The notes below the pieces were generated by a model. That model saw only the letters and a program-made list of their open reading frames with translations. It ran no database searches and had not been told where the DNA came from. Position numbers and translations under genes: made by a program. A stretch of 63,798 nucleotides of DNA, the filler included, from Reticulomyxa filosa (lineage: Eukaryota > Protista > Foraminifera), in NCBI GenBank assembly GCA_000512085.1. It is 26 parts of 26 records of this genome, joined end to end, with 100 filler letters (N's around TTAATTAATTAA, not from the genome) between each part and the next. Parts side by side here need not be neighbours in the genome. Positions count along the whole stretch, not along the records: positions 10,767 to 12,647 come from ASPP01008850.1; positions 12,748 to 15,660 come from ASPP01028167.1; positions 15,761 to 20,349 come from ASPP01002348.1; positions 20,450 to 24,613 come from ASPP01020904.1; positions 24,714 to 28,518 come from ASPP01000311.1; 21 more parts are not named here. The stretch is one strand, 5' to 3'. Below are positions 11,442 to 25,093 of the stretch, in pieces (position 1 is the stretch's first letter; the number at the start of each line of letters is the position of its first letter).

Positions 11442-12647
11442 TAGTGACGATCGTCTAAAAGTTTATTCTCTTTTGGAACAAGTGTTTAATGCTGGAGATG
11501 TGATTGGTGTTAACAGTACAAGAGATACATGGTCGCCTGATCCCAAAACTCCACCATGGCTTTTGATTCGTTCAGCATTTGACGACGACGACGACGATGG
11601 AAGAGTCACTATGTTGACTGAAAACGGTACGAAAGTACTGTTCCCTATGCATAACCAATCAGCGGAAGTAGTAGAAGATATCAAATTTTGCATTGATATA
11701 TATAATAAGTTAGGGACAGGCCAAGACAATGAAGTACTCACAACCGCAAAAAATATGCTTGCTGATACAATTAAGGAATGGACCATTTGCGTTGCAACGG
11801 CACTCTTCAAGCAACCTGATAAGTTGGGGACCCTTTCAGAACTCAGCAATCAAACTGAAATATTGAAAAACATGACAGACCGGAGCAATCAGTTGGAAAT
11901 TGTACAAAAAATATTGGAAGAGACACGCAATGATAAGACGGCTGGCAAAACAGTTGTATTTGGAGGTGCTGGATCTAAGATCCTAAAACCTATCAATGCC
12001 GATACTATACTTGTAGAACATCATGACTGTTCAAAAAAACTAAATCAAGCTGTAATACAAGCCTTGACTAATCAAAAAGTTGGCTGGAATGAGATAGGAG
12101 ACATGTTTGAATCGATAGATCCAACAATAAAAAAAAAAAAAAAAAATTTAAAAGATTATGTAAAAACTCATAAACGTACGGAAGGAAAGATTTGGTGTAT
12201 GTCGATGTTGGGCACAGAAGATAGTAATGACATGGATAACACCCCTTTTGGTGGCAGTACTTACAATCTCATTACTACTGAACAGATTTTGAAAGTAAGA
12301 ATCAAGTCTCTTGGCTTAGTTCGCCAAGCTCAAGTCTTAGGGAAAGGATATTTCTTTAGCCAAGACATAAATAACATCAAAGAACTTATAAATAGTATCA
12401 AAACAAATAACAGTATTTGCTATCAATTATTGCCTATTAATCTTCATGGACATTGTGTTGGAGTTATCATTTGTGGTCGTAATCAGGTATATTACATTGA
12501 TCCAGAAAATAATCCTATGCCAGATCAATTAACACACATTTTTCAACAAGCTGGTTTCAACACTCAACAAATCCTATCTGAACGACAACGATATGCACAT
12601 AATTGTGCTCCTGTCTGGATTGAAACTTGTGTTATGTACTTGGGAGC
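11371..12647 (+). CDS. Protein with C-terminal CE-clan (Ulp1/C48-like) cysteine protease domain, 3'-truncated
   Basis: LLPINLHGHCVGVII (His 12451), VYYIDP (Asp 12499) and ERQRYAHNCAPVWIE (Gln 12586, Cys 12604) give the H-D-Q-x5-C order and spacing of CE-clan proteases. Confidence 0.7.
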
Positions 12648-12747
12648 NNNNNNNNNNNNNNNNNNNNNNNNNNNNNNNNNNNNNNNNNNNNTTAATTAAT
12701 TAANNNNNNNNNNNNNNNNNNNNNNNNNNNNNNNNNNNNNNNNNNNN

Positions 12748-14448
12748 GATGATTTGTTATTTATAACATATTATCCAAAAAATATTAAAATCGCAAATTT
12801 AAATGATATATCAGAAATTCACCAGAATAAAATAGAAATTGCATGTAATAATTACAATCTTGGATATCATTGTTTTGAAAAGTTGGAAAAAAACAAATTT
12901 ATATTATTCTGCAATAACGCAGAAATGTCAATAGAATATAATGAATTTAAGAATAAAATTTCTTATGAAGAAAGATTGATTGTCGTGATTTTGATATTTC
13001 TGTATCTTCATTTATATATCTTTATGATTATATATTTTATTTAGATGAAAGGATAACGTTGATGAAAAAACAGTAACATCTATATATAAGTATTCTATCA
13101 GTTATCGTAGATGGACAAAATGTAATTTTACATTGCCAATGGAATTAAGCTCATCACTTGCAATTTTCAGTGATCATAATGCAAAAATTCGTATTATTGG
13201 TGAGCAGAATAATAATGAAGAAGTGAAAATACGTTTAATTATGTGTGTATAAAATATATTTGAGATGTCAGATTTAGTTAATTCTGCGGATAAATATAAA
13301 ACGATATGATATGACAACATGTTAAGAACAAAAAATATAGCTATCATATTTCAACACCAAAAAGGAGAAGGATTGAATGCGAAAATATAAGAATTCTAAG
13401 ATCATAAAGAAAAGGTTATACAATTAAAATCGAAATTGGAAAAATTAGATAAAGAAGAAGAAAAAATTGACTTGAATAAAATAGAGTGGCTTGAAATTTG
13501 GTGTTCCGATGGTTCATTTAAGAATATACAAGAAAGACTATCATATAATATTAAAAATATTTCAAATGATATTGGCGAATTAATCCAAAATAATACATTT
13601 ATCAATGTTTATTTTCATATAAATTTATATATATTCACATATTTATATAAAGAGATCGATGATACAAAATGAATTGGATATCTAAAGAAAAAGATAGAAT
13701 TCAAAATGATATTGACAAAGTAAATTCAGAAAAAATAAATTTAGGATATACTATTAATTCTTTATTATTAAAATATATACATTGTATAACAGAGTATAAC
13801 ATACTATATTTCTTTAGAAGTACTATATTATATGAAGAATATAAAATGCAAAATAAAATAAATAAATGCAAGAAATTCTTGAATCTAATTGAAAAACATT
13901 ATAGACATTTGATACATTTAATTGTAAATTAAATACATCGCTGAAAGAAAATCAAACTTGGTTAGAAGACAAGTGGAGTAAATTGAAAGAACAATAGTGC
14001 GAATGGAAATCTCAAAATATTTCAATTTTTTTGGCACGTGTTTTTCCATATAACAAAGCAGAAATAAAAAAAGTATGTGGCTGTATTCAACAAAAAAACA
14101 TTAAAGTGATGGATTTATTCAAGAAAACAAAGGAGGCATTGGATTGAAGCATTTGATTTTGTTGATCGAGATCGTATTGCTAAAATTCATGATTTTTTCA
14201 ATGAAATTTCTACAAGATATCCAAGACTACAAGACATCTCAGTCAGATTTTCATGTCCATTAACCAAGAAAATTATGGAAGATCCTGTCATGGCATTAGA
14301 TAACAACGTATATGACCGATCATCGATTACAAGTGAATATACAAAATTACCAAATTACTCTTCTTTGATGAATAATGGAGAACTGAAACTTTTTTCACTT
14401 TTTTTTTTACAAAGTGAGATTCAAGCATTTTTGAACAATACAAAATAA
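12748..14448 (+). pseudogene. Decayed Kelch-like / coiled-coil / U-box gene
   Basis: N-terminal LLFITYYPKNI...YHCF...FILFC..MSIEY (Kelch-like family, resembling the remnant at 14790-15090). C-terminal U-box FSCPLTKKIMEDPVMALDNNVYDRSSI at 14248-14330, with TAA at 14446-14448. Several in-frame stops and frameshifts lie between. Confidence 0.7.
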
Positions 14449-14789
14449 GTTTAATTTTTTTTGTATTTAGGGCTTTGTCTTAAATTATAAATATTATGTT
14501 ATCCTTAGAAACTCTTTTTTATATGGTTTTTTTTGAATGTGAAAATTAAAGATAGACACCCGACTATGTAATGAAGGTGCAGCAACAATCTCAACAAATG
14601 GTAAACACAACTGAATTATATACACTTTATACAGAAATATGGAATTAAATTGTCATATGTTGACTATTTTTAAATTGTTGAGTCTTTACATTTTTTTTTT
14701 GAATTAAAAATTGGATAATTCATCCAAAACAAAATTATTGAAATGATTTATTGAATCAAACAATAAAAATAAAATGGTGTTAAACCTAT

Positions 14790-15090
14790 TTATCTATGTC
14801 GTGCTCCATTACATGATATAATTTTATAATAACTACAAAAAATTAACTGACCTTGAAACAGCTTGAATAAAAATTGCATATTGATACATGCACATGATTT
14901 AAATGGTGCAATATCATCACAAACAGATAATTGATTATATTCAAAAATACTATTATTTTTATCATATTTTATTGATAATACTGTCTTGTAACAAAATAAT
15001 AGCATTTGTATATTATTTGATTATTCATTTGTTATAATAAATATTTTTTGGATCACTGCGTAAACCCAAAATAATTGTTATCAATGACCC
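14790..15090 (-). pseudogene. Kelch-like beta-propeller gene remnant
   Basis: MLLFCYKTVLSIKYDKNNSIFEYNQLSVCDDIAPF, internally similar to the N-terminus at 12754-12960; frameshifted. Confidence 0.55.
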
Positions 15091-16750
15091 CAAACACTTA
15101 TATATTCTATCACAATGTGTATTTATATAATATCAATCCAAAAGATAACAACGTGATAGTATTATTGTCGTCCATTCAATTTAGCATCTCATGATCGCTA
15201 ATAGATAAATAACAACTAATTATTACTGCTTGTAATCGCCTTTATATTTAGCAATAGAAATCCACGATTAATACTTTTAATTTTTTATATTTTATGTTAT
15301 TAGCTAATAACAAGGAATACAAATGATATCTGTATAAATGCCTAGGAATTGCTTATGATAATCAAAGAGACAGTAATGAAGTTAGTGAAATAATATGAAA
15401 ATACGGAGAAAAGAAAGTAAATGGATTGTCGATCCCTCTGTTAGTGACCTTTTTGACGTGCTACTTTCCTTCATACCGCCAGTTTATTGAATTCAATGCA
15501 CTGTTTGTAGTCATAACTTAGGTTTTAAGTTTTAATATCCATTTACATATTTCCATTGCATTTGAATACTTTTTATTTTTGCGTTTCGTGATGAATTCGG
15601 TAATATTTTCAAATCAATTGTCTAAAAAACAACAAGATTTTTTTTTATCTCGAAAAAAAANNNNNNNNNNNNNNNNNNNNNNNNNNNNNNNNNNNNNNNN
15701 NNNNTTAATTAATTAANNNNNNNNNNNNNNNNNNNNNNNNNNNNNNNNNNNNNNNNNNNNAAAAACATACCATTAAATTTTGTTTTTTAAACATTTGAAA
15801 TGTTAGCTTAAATTTTTTTTGAGATCACAAAATAGTAACTACGGGCTACAACAATATTCACATTATTGAAATGGGTGTATTGGATTTTACCTCTTATTGT
15901 TGCTTATATTCCACTTATTTAATATATATTTTTTTTTGTCAAAAATCAAAAGATTTTGCCACAGTAAAAACCAAAAAAATATAAAATTAGACATTAATGA
16001 ACAAATGTAACAATTTACCAAAAGTAGAACAAATCAGCTTTTTTTTTCCTTTCGTTGACATATTGAGTTACAATTTTGTTATTTCACAGTATGCATTAAA
16101 GTAAGCAGCTGCATCTCTTTATGCAAATTCTCTTATTCCACTCGATTAGACGAATTACCACAAAAAGTGGACTGATTTTGATACATTTATTGTGAAATTA
16201 TCATCATTTAGTTGTAAAGGAAACTTTATTCGACTGTAAAGAGTAAGCGAGATTTTACACCTACACTCAAAAATAGGGGATATTCAGTCAAAAAAACCTA
16301 ACCACAAGATATCCAGTTACTAAAAGTATACACAAAGTTTTTTAATGGCAGAAATTAAGAATTTTGGCAAGTTCTATACCATTGCTTCTTACTTCCAGAA
16401 ATAGTTTTAACAAGGTATATTTCACATTATTAACTTACCTTTATTTTATTTTTAGATATTTTAAAGTGTTGAATTTCTAAATTTACGAGTTTCAGTTTAT
16501 CTGTCTATCTTATCAATATTTTTGCCATCAAAAGGACATAGTGACTCAAAATTTCATGTAACTCTACAAAAAAAAAGAAACTTTTATTTGTAATCAAGTT
16601 TTAAAATATTAATATTAAAGCTAATTATTTTAAAAAGCTCAAATTGTAAACAAGATGCTGCGTGGAGTTTTCGTGTTAGTTCACGGCTGGCGTGAATTCA
16701 AAATTGTTTCTCCCAGACAAATAATATCGACACAAAACATACAATAAAAA

Positions 16751-18921
16751 ATGGGCGGCTGCTGTGATCCAATGGATCGTGACATAACCCGTTATTTGGA
16801 TGCGCAGCAAAAAGAAAAGCGCCGTATAAAAAAATTGTTGTTATTAGGAATTGGCGGAGCAGGAAAGTCAACAATAGTAAAGCAATTGCAATGTATAAAT
16901 GGAGAGCAATTTGATCAAGCACAAACAGATGATGCTGCGTTGATTATTCATCAAAATTGTGTAACGGGGATAACTTTATTGCTTAAGTTTTGTAATTCCT
17001 ACAAAAGAAAAATATATATGATTTTGCACGTCACATTACACATACAAACTAATCTAGGCATTCACAGCTGTTGGCAGAAGGAGACAAAGAGAAATATCAC
17101 GCGCTTGAAGTTTGGTGATTTATGGATTACAATTTGGTGTTTATTCATTTTTTTTTATGTTATAAATACTACCTCAAACAATTTTTTGTAACATAAACGG
17201 AACTTTTTCCCCTTTTTTTAAATAAAAAGATCAGTGAAGAGGATCAAAGAAAGATTGTTGAAGATGTAAAATATTTATTAGCACAAAAAGACTTGCCATC
17301 GAAAAGAAAAAATTATACGGAGAAAGACAACCAATTATTGATAAAATTGGGCGAGACAATATATCAACTTTGGAAAATGCCACAAATTCAAGCTACATTT
17401 GAACTGAAAGGGACATTGTTTTCGTTTCCAGGTTTGATGTGTCATGTAATATACTTGATCTGTAGTTTTTTTTGTTAGACCTTTCCTACTTTCCTTGACT
17501 GTTTTCTTTGTGTATTTCCCTTGTGTTCGATCAGAAAGATAACATAAAAGCTGCTGCTTGTATTTTCCTCTTCTTCTTTGTATACAGACAATATGGATTT
17601 TTTTTTTGACAAAGTGAAGGATATATTCCGATTTGATTTTGTTCCACAAGAAGAGGACATAATTAAATCAAGAAGCACGACATCAGGAGTGTTGGAATAC
17701 AAGTTTGAGCTGAGAGATGAAAATGATGTTGGTATTATGCATATCTATGATGCTGGTGGTCAAAGAAGCGAACGCCGAAAATGGATTAATGCTTTTGAAA
17801 GCGTTTGTTTTTTGTTTTTCTCTCATTTTTTGCTAGTAGAGATGTGTATGTACATTGTATACATATATTTATGGCTATTTGCCAAAACGAACAAAAAGGT
17901 GGATGCTCTGGTTTATGTTGCTGCATTGAGTCATTACAATGCTGTATTGTTTGAAGTTTTGTCAATAATGCTCACATGGTCTACTTAAAAAATAAAAAAT
18001 AAAAAAAAGAGCACCTCTTCCACTCTTTGCGATATTCTTAATACTCGAAATAACTCAATATTAGGATGAATCAGTAAATGCCATGCATGAGAGTTTGGAA
18101 TTATTTAACGAAATAGTCAATGGGTTTGTATGTCTTTCTTTCTTTCTTTTAATGAAACCATGTACCTATTTTTTGTTTGTTTTGTTTGAATGGTAATTAT
18201 TACAGCAAATGGTTTGTAAACGCAGGTGAGGATCAATCTCTTTGTTTTCTCCAAACAAACTAATGCGTTAGATAAAATTGAATGTGTAAATACCTTTTTG
18301 TATGTGACAACAATTGCAATTAGAACTCATCTTGTTTTTCAATAAATTCGACTTATTTGAAAAGTACTTGAGTTCGGGAATATCTCTATCTGTTTGCTTT
18401 GGTAAACAAAATACGAAGTGGAGTGGCCCAATGTATTGGGAGAATGGAACTAAAATACAAATTGGTGAATCAAAAGAAGAAGAAGAAAAAAGCATTTGAT
18501 TTCCCATCAATATTCTTCTGATAAAAATGAAATAGTTGAACTTGAGTGTGTAGATTATGATATAAAGTCGTACGACAATCAACTTTATGAACGTGCTGTC
18601 CGTTCTGGTTTGCTTTCTCCTTTTTTTTTTTCACTCATATTTCCCTTTCCTTTTCTTTTCTCGGATACAATCATTCTTCCCTCCTCCCTCTCTTTCAAAG
18701 GAATATATTAACATAATTTTGTGAATATCCAAAAACAAACAAAAGCGTTGGATTTTATTCAGCTTCAGTACATGTTGAGACGTCAATCAAAAAATCGTAG
18801 TGTGATAACGCACATTACGTGTGCGACAAGCCGAGATAACATTAAGAAAGTATTTTGGGATGTACAAGTCAAAGCCCTTAGAGATGGCCTAAATGCAGGA
18901 GGTGTTTGGGATTACTCGTAA
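16751..18921 (+). CDS. Heterotrimeric G-protein alpha subunit, multi-exon
   Basis: MGGCC lipidation start. G1 LLLLGIGGAGKSTIVKQ, G2 RSTTSG, G3 DAGGQRSERRKW, G4 FFNKFD, G5 TCAT, and C-terminal NIKKVFWDV. Example introns are 17803-17898 and 18608-18745. There is a probable 1-nt homopolymer frameshift at 18486-18491. Confidence 0.95.
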
Positions 18922-19231
18922 AAACTGCAACAATAAATATCTTACTTCTTTTTTTTGTGTGTAGTAACATTGTTTGTTATTTCTTTCTCCTCCTTGGATA
19001 AAAACATATGTAGGAGAAAAGTTGTACCTTTTTTTTTGACTCGTATCACAAATAAATCAAATTCATTTCTTGGTATAGATTATTTGTGTGATAAATGAGA
19101 GGCAATCGATCGCAAATACTTCAGCACAAATCTTTAATATATTTTTTTGGTTTTCAAAAAATTAAAACATAAGAATTGCTGGGGTGCCTAAAAATTTGTT
19201 GAGGTTGTATATATCAACCCCAAAGAAAACA

Positions 19232-20349
19232 ATGCTTGGCAAAATAGTTACTGTGAATGAAGCATTTGTGAATGTGTTGACACGTTTTTGTGAAAATGCG
19301 GATAAAATCAAAGATCAATTCGATGATCAATGTGTTTGGTTGTTGCGACGTGCTTCTGGTTTTGAGTTGAAAATTGTTTCTGTTGAACTTGTAAAGACTC
19401 CTAACAAATAATTGGAATAAATCCTTTTATTTTTTGTACTGCATATAGCAACGCAAAGAAAAATGAGAAGAGTAATAAAACCATAGCGCGAGTTGAGTTC
19501 CGAATAAGTCCGCATATTTTTTAAGAGAAACTCGCTATTTGATAACCGTGAAAAAAAAAAAATGAACTTTTTAGATTCAGCCGCTCGTGGATGAAGCGTC
19601 CCAGAAAACTGCACATCGTCAAAAAATGGAACAACAAAGAGAAATCCGAAACTTGTTGATAGCACAAAATTGGAATGAAATAATGATATTTGAGAACTGC
19701 CAAGAATATCTTGAGGACTCATCCAAAAATATGAGCAAAATGACAAGTCAAAAAAGCCATCAGTGATTCCAACAGTCCGATCCAAGTTCGGACGAAGTGA
19801 AATCAGTAACAATGACCTAATTGGAAGCAGTTTCAACAGTAATGGTCCAGTAGCAACACCATATCGACAAAAATATGACACAGCAAAATCTCATTTGCAA
19901 ATGACGTCAACCGCCAATGTTCCCAATAACGAATCCGAAAATGCTTTTTGTCATCAAATCACAGCTGACGGGTTTGCGGTCCCTTTACCTAGCGCGTTGA
20001 AGACGAAGTGGAAAGGCAATAAAGTTGAGATGCACATGCTTTATTATATACAAAAGGAAGCGAAAGAGATAGAAGAAGTAGAGAAAAAAACAAAAACAGG
20101 TATTGACAAAAATGTGTTTGTGTGTATAACGTGTCAGCCCAAAGCGATATCAGCAAAGAAAAAATACCGACCCTCTCCTGATGGTATGCACTTTTTGTGT
20201 GTGTGTGTGTTGTATATATATGTATATATATATATATGCTTTAGAAAAAAAAAAAAAAATGTCATTATGTGTGATCATGATACGACATAAAATGGACATT
20301 AACAGTTCGACGCAATCTTAATTCACATGAAGAAATGGATCGTACACCT
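19232..20349 (+). CDS. Hypothetical multi-exon protein, partial and possibly frameshifted
   Basis: Coding-like segments at 19232-19400, 19575-20060 and ~20140-20185 separated by AT-rich intron-like DNA. No recognisable domain. Confidence 0.35.
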
Positions 20350-20569
20350 NNNNNNNNNNNNNNNNNNNNNNNNNNNNNNNNNNNNNNNNNNNNTTAATTA
20401 ATTAANNNNNNNNNNNNNNNNNNNNNNNNNNNNNNNNNNNNNNNNNNNNCGGATGCATTGGAGGGATCATACTGGCTCATAAACTCATTTCTAAAGGTCA
20501 TTTCATTTTACCGGCTCGCTTTTTTTTTTTGCTGCAAAAGTTGCAAAAAATACACACACAAAAAAAGTA

Positions 20570-21048
20570 AAGCAAATAACGAGAACGAACCTGCGATACA
20601 CCGTGCAGCTGCTGACAGAGATGATGAATCTATACGGCAAACTCAGCAACTCTTGCAAGAAATTAAAGAACATGCGGAAACGGTGTGGCTGTACGATGAG
20701 GAAGAACAAAAAGAAGGAGTTAGTGGTGTTTATTTTCGCGATCGCAAAGAACAGACACTTGCTGTCGTACGTGGCATGAGGCGATCAACACGAAGAGTTC
20801 AAACAGATATTCAAGAGATTGAAAGCGACTATTGCAGTGACACAGATTCGAGCAAAGGCGATCCACAAGATGCGTTTGACAGTCAACAATCAATGCTTGA
20901 CGATATACTTCAGCATTATCAAAAGACATCAACTTTAGAAGATTTTATTGTCAAAATTGATAAAATTATTAAAAGTTGTAGAGAATTAGAAGCAAAAATT
21001 GATTTGATTTGGAACGCTTGTTTGGAAGGAGAAAAAATAAGACGATAA
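20570..21048 (+). CDS. Last exon of a hypothetical acidic/helical protein
   Basis: ORF 20458-21048 has coding-like composition from ~20570 to its TAA. No recognisable family. Confidence 0.5.
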
Positions 21049-21801
21049 ATATCAGCTATTTTGCGTTTGTTAGTGTTTAATTGGAATTGTTTCATGTTTT
21101 TTTAAAAAGCAAATGCAAAAGTAATTGTAAACTTTTCAGTAGGACTGGACTGTTTTATGTAAGAAAAACACTGATGTAATCCTGTTGGTTTTTCTATTTA
21201 AATTTTTGAAAAAGACAGCACGATTTCAACAAGTGTCTTTTTTCGTTAAAATCTTGAACAAACTTTTGTCATTTGAATTTGCTTAACAGCAAATCAAATG
21301 TAATGTATCTTTTCTATTTGAACGATCTAGAATGCATGGAGTTGAATTTTTTGATATTCAAAATCATGTTCGTGCATATTTTCAACATATTTCAAGCAGT
21401 GGAATAATAATTGTGGATTTGTTGATACAAAAATTGAACAATAATCCAAGTTTAAAATTATTGAGTTGTACGTCATTGTATTTGTCAAATATTATGAAAA
21501 TAGTTATGTTGGTACTGGATACTATCAATACAATTGATTTCAACATTCTCGACGAGCTTCTTGTTTACAAGTATCTCAAAATAATTAATTTATTGCCACT
21601 GGGCGTTGCATTCAGTAAACTTTGCTGGTTAATAATTTAAAAAGCATAAACCCCTAACTTTTTTTTGAAGTTCATATTGCATATCTGTCAGCTTTCCAAT
21701 CTATAAAGACTAGTGGAGAAATGAATATGATACAGTTGGTGAGTGTTTTCTTTTGCTTTTTGTAAATAATAGATTGCAGACATTGCTAAAAAAAAAAATC
21801 A

Positions 21802-22830
21802 GAAGAACAAGTAAGTCTTATTATTCAAAGTTGGCTTCGAGCTTCAGATATTACATTAAGATGGATCAATGACTTTGACAAGATTATCTTGAATTATGTA
21901 TGCAATCTATTATTTCTTTTTCAGCTTAAGCGAAAGTATTTGCCCATTTTGTTTGTCAATGTCGAACATAGAGCAAGCGTTTTACATTATTGACAGTATT
22001 CAGAGGACATCGAAAAGCAGTAACACGTTGTAGGATTTTCAAGAGATGGCTCCAAACTTGTTCCGTCATCAGATGATAGAATAGTTCACGTATGGGACAT
22101 TTCATCAAGACAAATTATTAAAACTTTTCAACACCATTTTAGTCAAATTTATATGGCAGAATTTTCACCAAATGGAAAGACAATTGCTTCATGTTCTGCA
22201 GATGTACAATTAGGAGAGGAAGTTGTACAATTTGAGGGTACAAATTGGATAATGGCTTTGAATTTTTCTCCTGATGGAAAAAAAAATTGTGACAAGTGCA
22301 TATGATAGAACAATGACAATATGGGATGTAGAATCTGGAAAAGAGATTAAAAGATTTGAAGGTCATATTGGAAGTGTATCAAGTATAAAATTTTCACCAG
22401 ATGGTCAAGTGGTTGTTTCAGTATCTGCTAATAAAATTATTGGTATATGGGATGTAAAATCAGGCAACGTATTGAAAAACATTAACAAGATATACTGGTC
22501 TTGTAACATCTGCAATATTTTCTCCAGATGGTAAATTTATTGCTTCCTGTTCACGGGATAAAACTATTCGAATATGGGATGTAGAATCAAAAAAGAAAAT
22601 ACAAATTTTAAAAGGACACTCACGTACTGTAAATGAAGTAAAATATTTTCATGATGGTCAAACTGTTGTGTAATGCTCAGAAGATATGGACAATTCGATT
22701 ATGGGATGTAAAATCAGGACATGAAATACAAAGATTGAGAGAACATAACAATGGGGTACTGAGTGTAGATATTCCACCCAATGGTAATATGATTGCGTCA
22801 GGATCTTGAGATGAAACGATATGTATATGG
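21802..22830 (+). pseudogene. WD40-repeat pseudogene with N-terminal lineage module
   Basis: EEQVSLIIQSWLRASDITLRWINDFDKIILNY, an intron, then about seven GH...FSPDG..IASCSxDKTIRIWD repeats broken by frameshifts and stops (e.g. TAA ~22671, TGA ~22807). Confidence 0.85.
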
Positions 22831-25093
22831 CGTTGGTAAGATTTTCATAAACAAAACAATGACAATTTTTTAAAATTGTAATATACACAAAATTATTTTT
22901 GATTTATCATTTTCTTTGAACTAATGATTTCTTTATCGCAATGTGAGAAAGGAATTTGAATTGCAAACTAAGTCAAGGCTAACAAATTATTTTTTTGAAG
23001 CTTCATTATGTCGTGTGCAAAAATAAGCTTGCTTACAAATGTAAAATTCTCTTTTTTTTTAAGTGAAAATATTATTCACATTATCTCAGACTTGTCTTTT
23101 GTTTTTTTTTAATTTTTCAATTATCAAAGTGGACCCAAGTTTATTGTCAAATTTCCACAAAATTGAAGCGTTAGTCATTACATCAGTCAATGTGTTATTG
23201 CTTTGATGTTATAAATAACTGCATTTTCATTTTCTTCAGGACTGTAGTTTTCATGACGTAATCTACGACCTCATCCTCTTTGATTGTTAGATGTTGAGTT
23301 GGTAAAATTACAGGCATTTCTTACTTTTTGACTTGTCATTCGCAATGTTTGTGGATAAATTGTCACTATTATTACAAAAAGCAGAGATTTTTTTTTAGGA
23401 TTGCACTTCCTGTTGTTCAAAATTTTTGGCAAATCCTAGAGCTGAATGAAAATTGATGTTTTCAATTATGAAGAGAAAGCAATCGTTCTTTTTCCGTTTA
23501 TCCTTTGGTGTTGCCAAAATTTTCAAAACAAACTCCGCTCTATCTTTAGCTGAGTGGACTGATGATCATCAATGAAATAATCCGAAAATGTGCTTAACAG
23601 CACAAAATTATTGTTGACGACATTGATATCACTATCTTTGGATTGGAAGCTAAAAAAGTTTATTTGCTACCTTTTTTTTCTTTGTAATCAAATATTATCT
23701 ATTGTCCGCGGAATTATCCAAAAAACGGACTTGTTTATTTTCGGATTTTAAGTGAAAACATCATATCATAAGGATATACACATTACAAAAAGTCGAATAC
23801 TTTTGATGTGTTTTTTGTTTAGCTTTAATAACAAAATAAATGAAATTTACACCATAATATCGTGTCAGCAGAAAAACGCTGATAATGCGAAAGAATATAC
23901 GTCATAAAGGATTTTTTTTTCTCTTTTTGCAAAAACATTATGTGTAAATATTTTGTTATTAAACAAATGAAGTGATAACGAATATCCTTTTTTCTACAGA
24001 TGATTTTATTTTTACAATGAAAGGATTAAACACAAACAGGTTTAAATCAAATATCAAAAATTAATTAAAGTATCTTTTTGTAGTATTCATTCACAATCCT
24101 ACTTTCCATCATGGTAGAGGATTTTTGGCAGTCTGTGGTAATTGCTTTTTCAACTGCGAGTTCATTTGTCCTTCATCCGAAGAGACAAAATAATTTATAC
24201 TTTACGATACTTGAAAAATTACACAAACAAGTTTACTGAGCTGGCCGTCAATTGATTCTGATGTCACTTAGCAACATATTGTTATTTGTGATATGAATGA
24301 TTGTTTTGTAATATTTGTACTTATGGAGTCCTTATATTGTATAATCTTAATACTGTAAAAAAAAAGATAAATTCGATATTTTCATTGTTTTTATTTTTTA
24401 ACAGTCATTATTTATATATGGTGTACCATACTCGAAAATAAGCACATTAACAACACATTTTAAAAAATCTTTTTATTGTTTTGAGCAGAATTATTTTTTT
24501 TCAACAAACATTAAGTGTTTATTATGAAACAAAAATTAATATGATAATCTTAATTTGCGTATTCATTCCAACAATTACTCCCAACATCACATAAAAATCT
24601 ACAAATAAATTTANNNNNNNNNNNNNNNNNNNNNNNNNNNNNNNNNNNNNNNNNNNNTTAATTAATTAANNNNNNNNNNNNNNNNNNNNNNNNNNNNNNN
24701 NNNNNNNNNNNNNTAACTTAAGTAGACGAAGATAAAAAATAATAACTTTTTAAATAAACTGATTTTTCAGGATTATTCAATTTTTTTGGATGCTGCTGTA
24801 ATTAAAACGAATAAAAAATTATCGTGAAATTAAAACATTGCAACGACTATTTAGTTAAAAGTCAATTTGATTGATCAGCTTTTCACACATGGCGACACTT
24901 CACTGTTAAGTACACAAAAACAAAAAAACTTTGAAAGGGTCTGTCGGTTTGCGTGTCGATGTTTTGAAGATTTGCACGTATCAAAACAAACTGAAAACTT
25001 ATAAAAATCACCTTTATTCTGAATACTTTTCTCTGAAAATTTTTACAATTAAAATATATTTAAAATGCCTCAATCCAACCCATTAAATATTTT

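Noticed and set aside
9607-12647. Integrase next to protease gene as an integrated mobile element or effector island
   Set aside because: They are separated by an artificial spacer (10667-10766) and differ strongly in GC content, so the adjacency is an artefact.
21802-22830. Stop-codon reassignment or selenocysteine explaining in-frame stops in WD40, Kelch and Tc1 sequences
   Set aside because: The stops are of mixed types and come with frameshifts and deletions, while conserved genes end normally at TAA or TGA. Ordinary pseudogene decay explains them.
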